Part shown: in pieces, positions 50,532 through 60,288 of the stretch
Layout: each line of letters opens with the position of its first letter
Position numbering within the stretch: the stretch's first letter is position 1
DNA from: Mycobacteriales bacterium
Lineage (GTDB): Bacteria > Actinomycetota > Actinomycetes > Mycobacteriales > SCTD01
Assembly: GCA_038235705.1 (NCBI GenBank)
Contig: JBBSTR010000001.1
Coordinates: 43,541-107,540, forward strand
DNA length: 64,000 bases
Reading direction: 5' to 3'
Made by a program: the position numbers and the translations under genes
Notes under the pieces: model-generated
Told to the model about the DNA's origin: nothing
Database searches by the model: none
What the model saw: the letters and a program-made list of their open reading frames with translations, nothing else

Positions 50532-51524
50532 GTGACCACGCTAGGGCAAGACGACGACCCAGGGGATGCCCGGACGCTCGGTGAGGCAGGGGAGCCGGAC
50601 GTCGTGAGGCGGGTGACTGCGCGGTTGCTCCGCCCTGGTAGCCGGGCCGAGGTCGGGCCCGGCGACGACGCTGCTGTTGTGCCGGCACCGGACGGCCGGG
50701 TGGTCGCTACGACGGACGTGCTGGTCGAGGGCGTCCACTTTCGGCAAGACTGGTCGAGCCCGCGGGACGTCGGGCACAAGGCTGCTGCGGCCAACCTCGC
50801 GGACGTCGCGGCGATGGGTGCCACCCCGACCGCTCTGCTCGTCGGTCTCGCGGCGCCGGCCGGCCTGACCCTGGACTGGGCGCTCGAGCTGGCCGAGGGG
50901 CTGGCCGCCGAGGCGGCCCTGGTCGGGGCGGAGGTGGTCGGTGGCGACACCGTCAGCTCCGGCCACTACGGGAGTGACACCGACGGCTCGCACGCCGTCG
51001 GCCCCGTGATGGTGTCGGTGACCGCGCTCGGAGACCTCGACGGTCGCCGTCCCGTGCTGCGCAGCGGGGCCCGACCGGGAGACCTGCTCGTCCACGCCGG
51101 CCTGCTCGGCTGGTCCGCGGCCGGACTGGCCGCCCTGCGAGCCGGTCGCCGGTCCGGGCCGACCGTGGACGCGCACCGCAGGCCGGCTCCGCCGTACGCC
51201 TTGGGGGTGGTCCTTGCCCGGCTCGGGGCCACGGCGATGATGGACGTCAGCGACGGGCTGGTGCAGGACCTCGCGAGGCTCGCCACCGCCTCCGAGGTCG
51301 GGATCGAGCTGGACACCGCGCTGCTGCCCGAGGACGAGGAGGTCGACGTGCAGGACCAGCTGACCGGGGGCGAGGATCACGGCCTGGTCGCCACCGTGCC
51401 CTCGGGGGTCGTCCTGCCCGACGGTGTGCGGCTGCTCGGGACGGTCACGCCGCCCGGCCGGCACGGACCTGGCCTGCGGATCCTCGGGACGCAGCCGCAG
51501 GGTCAAGGCTGGACGCACTGGTGA
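50532..51524 (+). CDS. thiL: Thiamine-monophosphate kinase
   Basis: 330 aa with a GTG start. AIR-synthase-like fold with DDAAVV and [12 protein letters not shown] motifs. Confidence 0.85.
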   Translation: MTTLGQDDDPGDARTLGEAGEPDVVRRVTARLLRPGSRAEVGPGDDAAVVPAPDGRVVATTDVLVEGVHFRQDWSSPRDVGHKAAAANLADVAAMGATPTALLVGLAAPAGLTLDWALELAEGLAAEAALVGAEVVGGDTVSSGHYGSDTDGSHAVGPVMVSVTALGDLDGRRPVLRSGARPGDLLVHAGLLGWSAAGLAALRAGRRSGPTVDAHRRPAPPYALGVVLARLGATAMMDVSDGLVQDLARLATASEVGIELDTALLPEDEEVDVQDQLTGGEDHGLVATVPSGVVLPDGVRLLGTVTPPGRHGPGLRILGTQPQGQGWTHW

Positions 51525-52306
51525 AGCGTGTCCTCACGATCGCCGGGTCCGACTCCGGTGGGGGCGCCGGCATCCAGGCCGACCTCAAGACGATGCTGGC
51601 CCTCGGCGTGCACGGCATGAGCGTCATCACGGCGGTGACGGCCCAGAACACCCTGGGTGTCCAGGGGGCGTGGCAGCTGTCGGTCGAGGCGGTACGCGCC
51701 CAGCTCGCGAGCGTGCTCGACGACATCGGCGTGGACGCCGTGAAGACCGGCATGCTGTCCGGGGCCGAGGTCGTCGTCACCGTCGCCGACGGCCTCGCGC
51801 AGGTTACGGCGCCGATCGTGGTCGACCCCGTCTGCGTGAGCACCCACGGCGACGTCCTGCTCGCCCCGGTGGCCCTCGAGGTGATGATCGACCGGCTGCT
51901 CCCGCTGGCGACGGTCGTCACGCCCAACCTGCCCGAGCTGGCGCTGCTCACCGGCGTTCAGGTGCAGACCGAGCACGACCTGCGGCGCGGCGCGGACGCG
52001 CTGCTGACGCTGGGCCCGACCTGGGCGCTCGTGAAGGGCGGCCACCTCGCCGGCGACGCCGTGGACCTGCTCACCGACGGCACCACCGAGCTGCTCCTGC
52101 GGGGACCGCGACTGTCCCGCAGGCACACGCACGGGACGGGCTGCACGCTGGCGAGCGCGCTCGCCAGCCGCCTCGCGCGGGGAGACGACGTGCCGGCCGC
52201 CGCTCGGGAGGCCAAGGCCTACGTCACAGGGGCCATCGACGCCGGCTTCGCGCTCGGGTCAGGGACCGGGCCGGTCCATCACGGGTGGCGGCTACCTGCG
52301 GGATGA
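51521..52306 (+). CDS. thiD: Hydroxymethylpyrimidine/phosphomethylpyrimidine kinase
   Basis: 261 aa with GTGA overlap to thiL. Motifs [21 protein letters not shown] and [12 protein letters not shown]. Confidence 0.88.
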   Translation: MKRVLTIAGSDSGGGAGIQADLKTMLALGVHGMSVITAVTAQNTLGVQGAWQLSVEAVRAQLASVLDDIGVDAVKTGMLSGAEVVVTVADGLAQVTAPIVVDPVCVSTHGDVLLAPVALEVMIDRLLPLATVVTPNLPELALLTGVQVQTEHDLRRGADALLTLGPTWALVKGGHLAGDAVDLLTDGTTELLLRGPRLSRRHTHGTGCTLASALASRLARGDDVPAAAREAKAYVTGAIDAGFALGSGTGPVHHGWRLPAG

Positions 52307-52334
52307 TGCAGCGCAGGCACCCGGGTCACACAGC

Positions 52335-52508
52335 TCAGGCGTTGTCGAGACGGTCGCGCTCGTCCTCGGCCGCGGTGCGCTCGGCCGCCAGCTCGAGCGC
52401 CCGCTCGGCCTGCTCCCGGGTGTCGTACGGACCCAGCCGGTCCTTCGGGACGGTCGGCCCGGAGTCGTCCTCGGCCTGGTTCCTGGTCAACGACCACCAC
52501 CACGCCAT
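52335..52508 (-). CDS. Small hypothetical protein (57 aa), not in ORF track (below size cut-off)
   Basis: The ATG at 52508 is preceded by GGAGG with a 5-nt spacer. Translation is MAWWWSLTRNQAEDDSGPTVPKDRLGPYDTREQAERALELAAERTAAEDERDRLDNA. 55 of 57 codons end in G/C. Lies 32 nt downstream of rpmB on the same strand. Confidence 0.55.
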   Translation of the reverse strand: MAWWWSLTRNQAEDDSGPTVPKDRLGPYDTREQAERALELAAERTAAEDERDRLDNA

Positions 52509-52540
52509 GCCGACCTCCGGTTCTTGCTGCCTCGCTGGGC

Positions 52541-52738
52541 TCAGGCCCGGGCGACCTTGCCGGCCTTGATGCAGGACGTGCAGACGTCGAGCTTCATCGG
52601 CTGCTTGCCGGACTTGCCGGACAGCGCCCGAACCGTCTGGATGTTCGGGTTCCAGCGCCGGGGGGTGCGGCGGTGGGAGTGGCTGACCGACATCCCGAAG
52701 CCGGGTCCCTTGCCGCAGACGTCGCAGTGGGCAGACAC
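52541..52738 (-). CDS. rpmB: 50S ribosomal protein L28
   Basis: 65 aa, [34 protein letters not shown]..., a canonical L28 sequence. Confidence 0.92.
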   Translation of the reverse strand: MSAHCDVCGKGPGFGMSVSHSHRRTPRRWNPNIQTVRALSGKSGKQPMKLDVCTSCIKAGKVARA

Positions 52739-52909
52739 GGGGAGCTCCTCGATCGAACGGTCAGGGGGGCCGCACGCCGACAGCGGCAGGCACAGCGGAT
52801 GACGTTAGCAGCACGGCTACGGTCAACCGCACCACCGCCGCCTCGCGGACCAGGGACCGACAGGGAGACCGACGTGCCGTCCGCCGCCCCGACGCCTGCG
52901 GGCCTTGAG

Positions 52910-55048
52910 ATGACCGCGCCCCTGACCGACGCGCTCGGGAGCAAGACGGCGAAGGTGCTGGGGGAGGGCCTCGGTCTGCGGACGGTCGCCGACCTCGTCC
53001 ACCACTGGCCTCGGCGTTACGCCGAGCGGGGCGCACTCACCCCGCTGTCGGACCTGGTGGAAGGTGAGCACGTGACGGTCCGGGCCCGGGTCGCGAGCAC
53101 GTCGGTCCGCAGCGTTCACGGCCGCGGCAAGAGCGCGCAGGTCCGGATGGCGGAGGTCGTCATCACCGACGGCCGCAGCCGGCTGACCCTGGTCTGGTTC
53201 CGGCAGGGCGACTACCACGCGGGTCGGCTGCCAGAGGGCACCGAGGGGCTGTTCGCCGGCAAGGTCAGCCGGTTCGGTCAGAAGCTGCAGCTGATGCACC
53301 CGGAGGCGCAGCTCGACGAGGAGCTGGACGCGGCCGGCTTCGCGGGCCGCCTCGTGCCGCTCTACCCGGCTACGGCGAAGATGCCGACCTGGAACATCGC
53401 GAAGGCCGTCGGCACGGTCCTCGACATCCTGGACGTCGGTCCGGACCCGCTCCCGGTCCGCGTCCGAGAGCAGCACGCCCTCCTGGACCTCCGCGAGGCG
53501 CTCGAGGGCATCCACCGGCCGGTCGACCCCGCGCAGCGCGACCAGGCCCGCCGGCGCTTGGTCTGGGACGAGGCGACCGTGCTCCAGGTGGTGCTCGCCC
53601 AGCGCCGCGCGGCAGCCCGCGCCGAGCCGGGCCGTCCCAGGCCCGGTCGCAAGCAGGGGCTCCTGGCCGCGTTCGACGCGGCGAGCCCCTTCACGCTCAC
53701 CGACGGCCAGCGGACGGTCGGCGAGACGCTGGCGGCCGAGCTGACCCGCCCCGAGCCGATGCACCGGCTGCTGCAGGGTGAGGTCGGGTCGGGCAAGACC
53801 CTCGTCGCCCTGCGGGCGATGCTTCAGGTCGTCGACAGTGGCGGCCAGGCGGCGCTGCTCGCCCCGACCGAGGTGCTCGCCCAGCAGCACGCCCGGTCGC
53901 TGCGTGCGCTGCTCGGGCCGGCAGGTCGCGCGGGCGAGCTGGACGCGGCGGAGACCGCGACCTCGGTGGCGCTGCTCACCGGCTCCTTGACCTCGGTGGC
54001 TCGGCGCGATGCCCGGGCCGCCGTCGCGGACGGCTCGGCGGGCATCGTCGTCGGCACCCACGCCCTGCTCAGCGAGGGCGTCGACTTCGCCGACCTCGGT
54101 CTCGTCGTGGTCGACGAGCAGCACCGGTTCGGCGTCGAGCAGCGCGAGGTGCTGCGAGCCAAGGGCGCCGCCCCGCACGTGCTCGTGATGACCGCGACCC
54201 CGATCCCGCGGACGGTCGCGATGACCGTGTACGGCGACCTCGAGGCACTCACCCTGACCGGGCTCCCGGCCGGGCGGCAACCTCTGGTCACGCACGTGGT
54301 CCCGCTGGCCGAGCACCGCGACTGGATGGCTCGCACCTGGGCCCGGGTGCAGGAAGCGGTGGCGCAAGGCCACCAGGCGTTCGTCGTGTGCCCCCAGGTC
54401 GACCCGGCCGACGAGCCTGCCGAACGCGGCGGCCGTCACCCGGCCGCGGCGCTGGAGGTCGCCCCCCGCCTGTCCGCCCGCGAGCTGGCCGGGCTCCGGG
54501 TCGAGGTGCTCCACGGCCGGATGCGCCCCGACGACAAGGAGGACGTGATGGCCCGCTTCACCGGTGGCGTCACGGAGGTGCTCGTCGCGACGACCGTCAT
54601 CGAGGTCGGCGTCGACGTGCCGAACGCCACCGTGATGGTGGTCCTGGACGCCGACCGGTTCGGCGTCAGCCAGCTGCACCAGCTGCGCGGCCGGGTCGGC
54701 CGGGGCTCGGCCGCAAGCCTCTGCCTGCTGGTCACGGAGGCACCGGCCGGCAGCACGGCGCGCGCCCGGGTCGAGGCGGTCGCGGCCACGTCCGACGGCT
54801 TCGCGCTCGCCCGTGTCGACCTCGAGCAGCGACGCGAGGGCAACGTCCTCGGCACCGAGCAGTCCGGGGGGCGTACGTCGGTCAAGCTGCTGCGCCTGCT
54901 CGAGGACGAGGACGTCATCGTGGCCGCCCGGGTCCTGGCCGAGCGGGTCGTCGCGGACGACCCGACGCTCGCGGCCCACCCGGGCCTCGCGGTCGCGGTC
55001 GCCGCCGTGCTGCGCCCCGACGACGCGGCTTACCTGGAACGCGGATGA
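52910..55048 (+). CDS. recG: ATP-dependent DNA helicase RecG
   Basis: Walker A GEVGSGKTLVAL, VVDEQHRFGV (DEQH) and helicase C motifs. The ATG at 52910 was chosen to clear divergent rpmB (alternatives 52874 and 52799). Confidence 0.9.
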   Translation: MTAPLTDALGSKTAKVLGEGLGLRTVADLVHHWPRRYAERGALTPLSDLVEGEHVTVRARVASTSVRSVHGRGKSAQVRMAEVVITDGRSRLTLVWFRQGDYHAGRLPEGTEGLFAGKVSRFGQKLQLMHPEAQLDEELDAAGFAGRLVPLYPATAKMPTWNIAKAVGTVLDILDVGPDPLPVRVREQHALLDLREALEGIHRPVDPAQRDQARRRLVWDEATVLQVVLAQRRAAARAEPGRPRPGRKQGLLAAFDAASPFTLTDGQRTVGETLAAELTRPEPMHRLLQGEVGSGKTLVALRAMLQVVDSGGQAALLAPTEVLAQQHARSLRALLGPAGRAGELDAAETATSVALLTGSLTSVARRDARAAVADGSAGIVVGTHALLSEGVDFADLGLVVVDEQHRFGVEQREVLRAKGAAPHVLVMTATPIPRTVAMTVYGDLEALTLTGLPAGRQPLVTHVVPLAEHRDWMARTWARVQEAVAQGHQAFVVCPQVDPADEPAERGGRHPAAALEVAPRLSARELAGLRVEVLHGRMRPDDKEDVMARFTGGVTEVLVATTVIEVGVDVPNATVMVVLDADRFGVSQLHQLRGRVGRGSAASLCLLVTEAPAGSTARARVEAVAATSDGFALARVDLEQRREGNVLGTEQSGGRTSVKLLRLLEDEDVIVAARVLAERVVADDPTLAAHPGLAVAVAAVLRPDDAAYLERG

Positions 55049-55076
55049 CGACCCTGTCGGGCCGGGGGGAACGCGG

Positions 55077-55718
55077 ATGACCCGGATCATCGCCGGTGCG
55101 CACCGGGGCAGGCGGCTCCAGGTGCCCCCCGGGGACGGGACCCGACCGACGTCCGACCGTGCGCGGGAGGGCCTGTTCAGCTCGCTGCAGAGCCTGCTGG
55201 ACCTGGACGGCGCGAGCGTCCTCGAGCTGTACGCAGGCTCCGGAGCGCTCGGGCTCGAGGCGCGCTCCCGCGGCGCCGGACCGGTGACCCTGGTCGAGCG
55301 AGACCCGGCGGCGCTGGCAGCGCTGCGGGCCAACGCGGCGCTGCTCGGCGAGCCGGTCCTGGTCGTCGCGGCCGACGTGGACACCTTTCTCGCGAGGCCG
55401 TCCCAGCCGTACGACCTGGTGCTCGCCGACCCCCCGTACGCCCTGGACGTGGACGAGGTGCTCGCCGCGGTCCGGGACCGGGTGTGCCCCGGCGGCGTGG
55501 TCGTGCTGGAACGAGCGACCCGCGGGCCGGCGCCGACCTGGCCCCCGGGGCTCGTGCCGGTCCGGTCCCGTCGGTACGGCGAAGCCACGCTGCACTACGC
55601 CCTGCGAGACGACGCCGAGAGGCCCGGGACGGACGCACGTGGAGGAGCGACCCCGGTCGAGCGTCTAGGCTCCGCGGCCATGACGGGTACCCCAGTCCCA
55701 GCGGGTGAGATCGCATGA
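55077..55718 (+). CDS. rsmD: 16S rRNA (guanine966-N2)-methyltransferase
   Basis: 213 aa from the ATG at 55077. Motifs IIAGAHRGRRL, VLELYAGSGALGLEA and LADPPY. The stop overlaps the coaD start (ATGA). Confidence 0.85.
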   Translation: MTRIIAGAHRGRRLQVPPGDGTRPTSDRAREGLFSSLQSLLDLDGASVLELYAGSGALGLEARSRGAGPVTLVERDPAALAALRANAALLGEPVLVVAADVDTFLARPSQPYDLVLADPPYALDVDEVLAAVRDRVCPGGVVVLERATRGPAPTWPPGLVPVRSRRYGEATLHYALRDDAERPGTDARGGATPVERLGSAAMTGTPVPAGEIA

Positions 55719-56200
55719 GGAAGGCGGTCTGCCCCGGCTCCTTCGACCCGGTGACCCTCGGCCACCTGGACATCGTCGGTCGCGCCAGCGCGATCTACGA
55801 CGAGGTCACCGTCGCGGTGCTGGTGAACCAGAAGAAGAGCTCGCTGTTCACCGTCGAGGAGCGCATCGCGATGCTGCGCGAGGTGACCGCTGACTACGGC
55901 AACGTGGTCGTGAGCAGCTTCCGTGGACTGCTCGTCGACTGGTGCCGCGCGAACGACGTGCCGGTCATCGTCAAGGGGCTGCGGGCGATCAGCGACTTCG
56001 ACTACGAGCTGCAGATGGCGCAGATGAACCACGGGCTCGCCGGCGTCGAGACGCTGTTCATGACGACCAACCCGCTGTTCTCCTTCCTGTCCAGCAGCCT
56101 CGTCAAGGAGGTCGCGACGTACGGCGGCAACGTCGAGAACCTGGTCCCCGACCTGGTGCGGCGTCGGCTGACGGACCGGCTGTCCGAGCAGGCGGGGTAG
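55715..56200 (+). CDS. coaD: Phosphopantetheine adenylyltransferase
   Basis: 161 aa with VCPGSFDPVTLGHLDIV (T/HxGH) and full-length PPAT-like sequence. Confidence 0.93.
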   Translation: MRKAVCPGSFDPVTLGHLDIVGRASAIYDEVTVAVLVNQKKSSLFTVEERIAMLREVTADYGNVVVSSFRGLLVDWCRANDVPVIVKGLRAISDFDYELQMAQMNHGLAGVETLFMTTNPLFSFLSSSLVKEVATYGGNVENLVPDLVRRRLTDRLSEQAG

Positions 56201-56209
56201 TCAGGTCTC

Positions 56210-56866
56210 ATGGCTGAGCCGAGCACGGACCCCGAGACGACCCCTGACGGGGACGCAATCCTCACCGGCGAGGCGGGTGGCGAGCTGGACCGGGTGCAGG
56301 ACACCCTGCTGCGCCTCACCCAGCTGGTCGAGGGCGCACGTTCGATGCCGCTGTCCGCCTCGTGCGTGCTCAACCGCAGCGAGGTGCTGGGGCTGCTCGA
56401 CGAGCTGAGGGTCGGTCTGCCCAGCGCGATCGGCGAGGCACGCGAGCTGCTCGGCGACCGCGTCGGGGTGGTGGCGGCCGGACGTCGTCAGGCCGGTGAG
56501 CTGCTCGAGCAGGCGCGCGCCGAGCGGGAGCGCCTCGTGTCGGAGGCGACGGTGCTTGATGAGGCCGAGCAGCGGGCGGAGCAGCTGCTCGAGGTCAGCC
56601 ACGAGCAGGCCGAGGCGATGCGGCGCGAGGTCGAGGACTACGTGGACGGCAAGCTCGCGACGTTCGAGGTCGTGCTGACCAAGACCCTGGAGGCGGTGCA
56701 CCGTGGCCGGTCCCAGCTCGACGGGTCGAGCAGCATGACGTCGCTGGCCCCCGAGGTGCCCGCAAGAAGCCTGGGGGAGACCGACTACCCGGAGGACGCC
56801 CCTCGCACCGGCTCGGAGCGTGAGGACGAGGACGACCGCGAGGATCCCGCGGACAGCAGCCGCTAG
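56210..56866 (+). CDS. Conserved coiled-coil protein with acidic C-terminal tail (function unknown)
   Basis: 218 aa. Long heptad-like region (ELLEQARAERERLVSEATVLDEAEQRAEQLLEVSHEQAEAMRREVEDYV) and a D/E-rich tail. Confidence 0.6.
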   Translation: MAEPSTDPETTPDGDAILTGEAGGELDRVQDTLLRLTQLVEGARSMPLSASCVLNRSEVLGLLDELRVGLPSAIGEARELLGDRVGVVAAGRRQAGELLEQARAERERLVSEATVLDEAEQRAEQLLEVSHEQAEAMRREVEDYVDGKLATFEVVLTKTLEAVHRGRSQLDGSSSMTSLAPEVPARSLGETDYPEDAPRTGSEREDEDDREDPADSSR

Positions 56867-56912
56867 GGTTGTCGACGGTCTGCCCGCAGCGGCCCCTACC
56901 CCTCGGCACAGA

Positions 56913-57503
56913 ATGGACAGGAACCAGACGCCCCGCCTCGATCCCCGACGACCTCTCGTGCTCGACACGCGTGAGCTGGGCCGTCGCCCCGGATCGATGC
57001 GGGAGACCCGTCTCAGCGCCCCGGCCCCCGAGGGCTTCGGGATCGCCGACATCATCGGCGTCCCGACCGGCGCCTCGCTCGACCTGGCGCTCCGGCTGGA
57101 GAGCGTCATGGAGGGCGTGCTCGTCACCGGTGAGGTCACCGCCCCGGTCAGCGGGCAGTGCGGCCGTTGCCTGGAGCCGATCAGCGACACCGTGACGGTG
57201 GGGTTCCAGGAGCTGTACGTCTACCCCGAGGCCGGCAGCGGCACGGACGACGACGCCGACGAGAGCCACGTGGTCGGTGATCTGCTCGACCTGGAGCCGG
57301 CGCTGCGCGACGCGGTGGTCCTCACACTGCCCCTGACCCCCCTGTGCGAGCCCGGCTGCGAAGGCCTCTGCGTCACGTGCGGAGAGCGCTGGGCCGTGCT
57401 GCCGGACGAGCACACCCACGACGTCGTCGACCCCCGGTGGTCGGCGTTGCAGGACCTGATGCCCGCTCACGGGCAGCAGGCGACCGGAACCGAGGAGAAC
57501 TGA
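56913..57503 (+). CDS. yceD: YceD/DUF177 family protein
   Basis: 196 aa from the ATG at 56913. CGRCLEP ... [13 protein letters not shown] motifs and the position immediately upstream of rpmF are characteristic. Confidence 0.8.
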   Translation: MDRNQTPRLDPRRPLVLDTRELGRRPGSMRETRLSAPAPEGFGIADIIGVPTGASLDLALRLESVMEGVLVTGEVTAPVSGQCGRCLEPISDTVTVGFQELYVYPEAGSGTDDDADESHVVGDLLDLEPALRDAVVLTLPLTPLCEPGCEGLCVTCGERWAVLPDEHTHDVVDPRWSALQDLMPAHGQQATGTEEN

Positions 57504-57505
57504 CG

Positions 57506-57676
57506 ATGGCCGTCCCGAAGCGCAAGATGTCCCGCAGCAACACCCGCTCGCGTCGCTCGCAGTGGAAGACCTCCCTCCCCGTGCTGGTCACCTGCGACCG
57601 CGGGCACACCACCCGGCCGCACACGGTCTGCCCGGAGTGCGGTCGCTACGACAAGCGCACCGTCGTCGTCGTCTGA
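57506..57676 (+). CDS. rpmF: 50S ribosomal protein L32
   Basis: 56 aa, [21 protein letters not shown]..., with a CxxC...CPEC zinc-ribbon. The ORF-track entry 57344-57676 is N-terminally over-extended. Confidence 0.92.
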   Translation: MAVPKRKMSRSNTRSRRSQWKTSLPVLVTCDRGHTTRPHTVCPECGRYDKRTVVVV

Positions 57677-57690
57677 GCCACCCCGCTGCC

Positions 57691-57963
57691 ATGCCCGACG
57701 CGGACGACCTGCTGGCGATCCTCCAGCAGGCCTGCGCGCTCGTGCTGGGGGTCGACCCCTCCTCGGTGACCTGCAGCTCCCGGTTCGCCGAGGACCTGGG
57801 GGCCGACAGCCTCGCCCTGGTCGAGATCGTGGAGATCGTCGAAGCGCGGCTCGCCGTCCTGCACGGCCCGGGGCTGCGGATCGAGGACGAGCAGCTCGAC
57901 GGGCTGCGTACGGTCGACGAGGCGGTCGGGCTCGCCGCCGAGCTGCTGGAGCGGCGAGGGTGA
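57691..57963 (+). CDS. Acyl carrier protein-like protein
   Basis: 90 aa from the ATG at 57691. Phosphopantetheine-attachment motif [15 protein letters not shown]. The stop overlaps the rnc start (GTGA). Confidence 0.7.
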   Translation: MPDADDLLAILQQACALVLGVDPSSVTCSSRFAEDLGADSLALVEIVEIVEARLAVLHGPGLRIEDEQLDGLRTVDEAVGLAAELLERRG

Positions 57964-58709
57964 GCTCCTACACCTGGCTGGAAGCCTCGCTCGGGGTCGG
58001 TCTTCCGGCCTCCTCCTGGGAGCAGGCGCTGACGCATCGGTCCTATGCGTACGAGAACGGGGGACTGCCCACCAACGAGCGGCTGGAGTTCCTCGGCGAC
58101 GCCGTCCTGGGGTTGGTCGTCACCGACGCGATCTACCGCGCCTACCCCGAGCTGGCCGAGGGCCAGCTCGCCAAGATGCGCGCTGCGGTCGTCAGCACGC
58201 GCGCGCTCGCCGGGATCGCTCGCACGCTCGGGCTGGGCCGGTGGCTGCGTCTGGGCAAGGGCGAGGACAGCAGCGGTGGACGCGACAAGGACTCGATCCT
58301 CGCCGACACGACCGAGGCCCTGCTCGGTGCGATCTTCCTGGAGCGGGGGCTGTCCGGCGCCGAGGCTGTGGTCATGCGCCTGGTCGGGCCGTTGCTCGCT
58401 GGTGCGGGTGCAGGCACCACCCAGGCCGACTGGAAGACGACGCTGCAGGAGGCCACGGCGGCCGCCGGGCTAGGCGTCCCGGAGTACGTGCTGCACGGCT
58501 CCGGACCGGACCACGCCCGGCACTTCGAGGCCGAGGTGACGGTTGCCGGACGTCCGCTCGGCGCCGGGTCGGGAGCCACCAAGAAGGCGGCCGAGCAGGT
58601 CGCGGCGGAGCTGGCGTGCGGGGTGCTGGCCCTCGACCTGCCCTGCGCCGACCCGGCGCCCGTGGCCGAGCCCGTGGTGACAGTGCCCACGGTGGAGGGG
58701 AGCGGCTGA
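57960..58709 (+). CDS. rnc: Ribonuclease III
   Basis: 249 aa with signature [15 protein letters not shown] and a C-terminal dsRBD. Confidence 0.92.
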   Translation: MSSYTWLEASLGVGLPASSWEQALTHRSYAYENGGLPTNERLEFLGDAVLGLVVTDAIYRAYPELAEGQLAKMRAAVVSTRALAGIARTLGLGRWLRLGKGEDSSGGRDKDSILADTTEALLGAIFLERGLSGAEAVVMRLVGPLLAGAGAGTTQADWKTTLQEATAAAGLGVPEYVLHGSGPDHARHFEAEVTVAGRPLGAGSGATKKAAEQVAAELACGVLALDLPCADPAPVAEPVVTVPTVEGSG

Positions 58710-59561
58710 GTGCCGGAGCTGCCCGAGGTCGAGGTCGTCCGGCTCGGTCTCGAGCGGGGGGTGGTCGGACGCACGATCGCCTCGGCGACGGTGTCGCACC
58801 CTCGCGCCGTACGACGGCACGAGGCGGGGGCCCGTGACTTTGCAGCGCTCCTGGCCGGACGAACCGTGCTGGCCGCTCGTCGTCGCGGCAAGTATCTGTG
58901 GCTGCCGCTGGACAGCGGGGACGCGCTGACCGGGCACCTCGGGATGAGCGGGCAGCTGCTCGTCGTCCCGCCGGACAAGCCCGACGAGGTGCACCTGCGG
59001 ATCCGGTTCGCCTTCACCGACGGTCGCCGCGAGCTGCGGTTCGTCGACCAGCGCACCTTCGGCGGGATGGCGGTGTCGGCCGGCGGGGCCGAGCTGCCGG
59101 GGGCCTACGCGCACGTCGCCCGCGATCCGCTGGACCCCGGGTTCGACGACGACGCGTTCGTCCGCGGGCTGCGGGCCAAGCGCACCGGGGTGAAGCGAGC
59201 GCTGCTGGACCAGACGCTGGTCAGCGGGATCGGCAACATCTACGCGGACGAGTCGCTGTGGCGGGCACAGCTGCACGGCGGGCGGGCGACCGAGGTGGTG
59301 ACGAGGCCTAAGGCCCGTGCGCTGCTCGGGCACGTCCGGGAGGTGCTGATCGCGTCGCTGGCTGCCGGCGGGACCAGCTTCGACGCGCTGTACGTGTCGA
59401 CCGAGGGAGTGAGCGGGCTGTTCGCGCGCGAGCTGTCCGCGTACGGGCGCGAGGGCTTGCCGTGCCTTCGGTGCGGCACGCAGATCCGCCGGGAGACGTT
59501 CATGAACCGCAGCTCGTTCAGCTGCCCGGCCTGTCAGCCTCGTCCCCGCTACCCGCGATGA
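58710..59561 (+). CDS. mutM: Formamidopyrimidine-DNA glycosylase
   Basis: 283 aa with N-terminal (M)PELPEVE and C-terminal zinc finger [24 protein letters not shown]. Confidence 0.92.
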   Translation: MPELPEVEVVRLGLERGVVGRTIASATVSHPRAVRRHEAGARDFAALLAGRTVLAARRRGKYLWLPLDSGDALTGHLGMSGQLLVVPPDKPDEVHLRIRFAFTDGRRELRFVDQRTFGGMAVSAGGAELPGAYAHVARDPLDPGFDDDAFVRGLRAKRTGVKRALLDQTLVSGIGNIYADESLWRAQLHGGRATEVVTRPKARALLGHVREVLIASLAAGGTSFDALYVSTEGVSGLFARELSAYGREGLPCLRCGTQIRRETFMNRSSFSCPACQPRPRYPR

Positions 59562-59836
59562 TCCCTGGCGCGAACGTGCGGCTGACGGCTCGGGTCGAGG
59601 GTCGCGTGCAAGGGGTGGGGTTCCGCTGGTGGACCCGCTCCCGGGCACTGGAGCTGGGCCTGGTCGGCAGCGCCACGAACCTGCCCGGCGGCCGCGTCGA
59701 GGTGGTGGCGGAGGGTTCCCGCGATGTCTGCGAGGCGTTGCTGGCCCTGCTGACGGACGGTCCTGGCCGGGTCGACCGGGTCGGCCACTGGTGGAGCGAC
59801 CCGCGCGGGGACGTGAGCGGCTTCGCGGAGCGCTGA
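59558..59836 (+). CDS. acyP: Acylphosphatase
   Basis: 92 aa with ATGA overlap to mutM. Motif [13 protein letters not shown]. Confidence 0.85.
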   Translation: MIPGANVRLTARVEGRVQGVGFRWWTRSRALELGLVGSATNLPGGRVEVVAEGSRDVCEALLALLTDGPGRVDRVGHWWSDPRGDVSGFAER

Positions 59837-60004
59837 TGCGCAGGCTCCTTGACCGATCCGTGACCTCCGTGTCATCCTCGGAGGGTCGAGATGGTGACGA
59901 GAGCCCTGCCGCCCCCCTGGGTGCGTGAGGGAGTTCCGCCCTCCGGTCTCGCCCCGTCCCGGTGCAGCCGTCGCTGCGCCTCCTCAGCGTGGAGGAACAT
60001 TCTC

Positions 60005-60190
60005 ATGGCCAAGGCCCTTCTCGGACACGTCGGCAACGGAGTCGACCTGCGACTCGTCGCAGAGGTGCGTCGGCTGCGGGCCCGGGTCGTCGAGCTGGAG
60101 GCCGACCTCACCCTTGCGCACGAGCAGCTCGCCGCGTCCGTCACCGTCGAGGACGACCTGAGCACGCTGCACGCGCCCGTCTTCAGCTAG
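60005..60190 (+). CDS. Small coiled-coil hypothetical protein (61 aa)
   Basis: The ATG at 60005 is preceded by GGAGGA. Translation is MAKALLGHVGNGVDLRLVAEVRRLRARVVELEADL.... The upstream part of ORF 59891-60190 lacks coding character and was trimmed. Confidence 0.5.
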   Translation: MAKALLGHVGNGVDLRLVAEVRRLRARVVELEADLTLAHEQLAASVTVEDDLSTLHAPVFS

Positions 60191-60195
60191 ACCTG

Positions 60196-60232
60196 CGGCG
60201 TCTCTCCCACCGGGAGGGGCGCCGTTCTCCTT
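60196..60232 (+). terminator. Candidate intrinsic terminator after the 61-aa ORF
   Basis: 13-bp stem 60196-60208/60212-60224 (CGGCGTCTCTCCC-ACC-GGGAGGGGCGCCG, with two G-U pairs) followed by TTCTCCTT. Confidence 0.4.
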
Positions 60233-60278
60233 GACCGCGAGTTACTCGGTATGCATACTCAGGACACCTACCGAGTAA
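60231..60278 (+). promoter_or_regulatory. Candidate PadR promoter with overlapping inverted-repeat operator
   Basis: TTGACC (60231-60236), a 17-nt spacer, then CATACT (60254-60259). Perfect 10-bp inverted repeat TTACTCGGTA (60242-60251) / TACCGAGTAA (60269-60278). Inner palindrome GTATGCATAC (60249-60258). Confidence 0.4.
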
Positions 60279-60288
60279 GGGGTTCACG

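Noticed and set aside
52279-52503. 74-aa ORF-track entry (MVVVVDQEPGRGRLRAD...) between thiD and rpmB.
   Set aside because: It has R/G/P-rich, non-protein-like composition. A different frame on the same strand (52335-52508) has an SD, an ATG and near-saturated GC3, and was called instead.
52823-55588. Very long ORFs on the opposite strand of well-supported genes. Examples: 921 aa antisense to recG; also 3124-4815, 622-1767, 9998-11686, 11635-13569, 27315-29195, 48285-50174, 61526-63379.
   Set aside because: Their translations are Arg/Pro/Gly/Ala-rich with no recognisable motifs, and each fully overlaps a gene with clear family signatures. Such shadow ORFs are expected in high-GC DNA where stop codons are rare.
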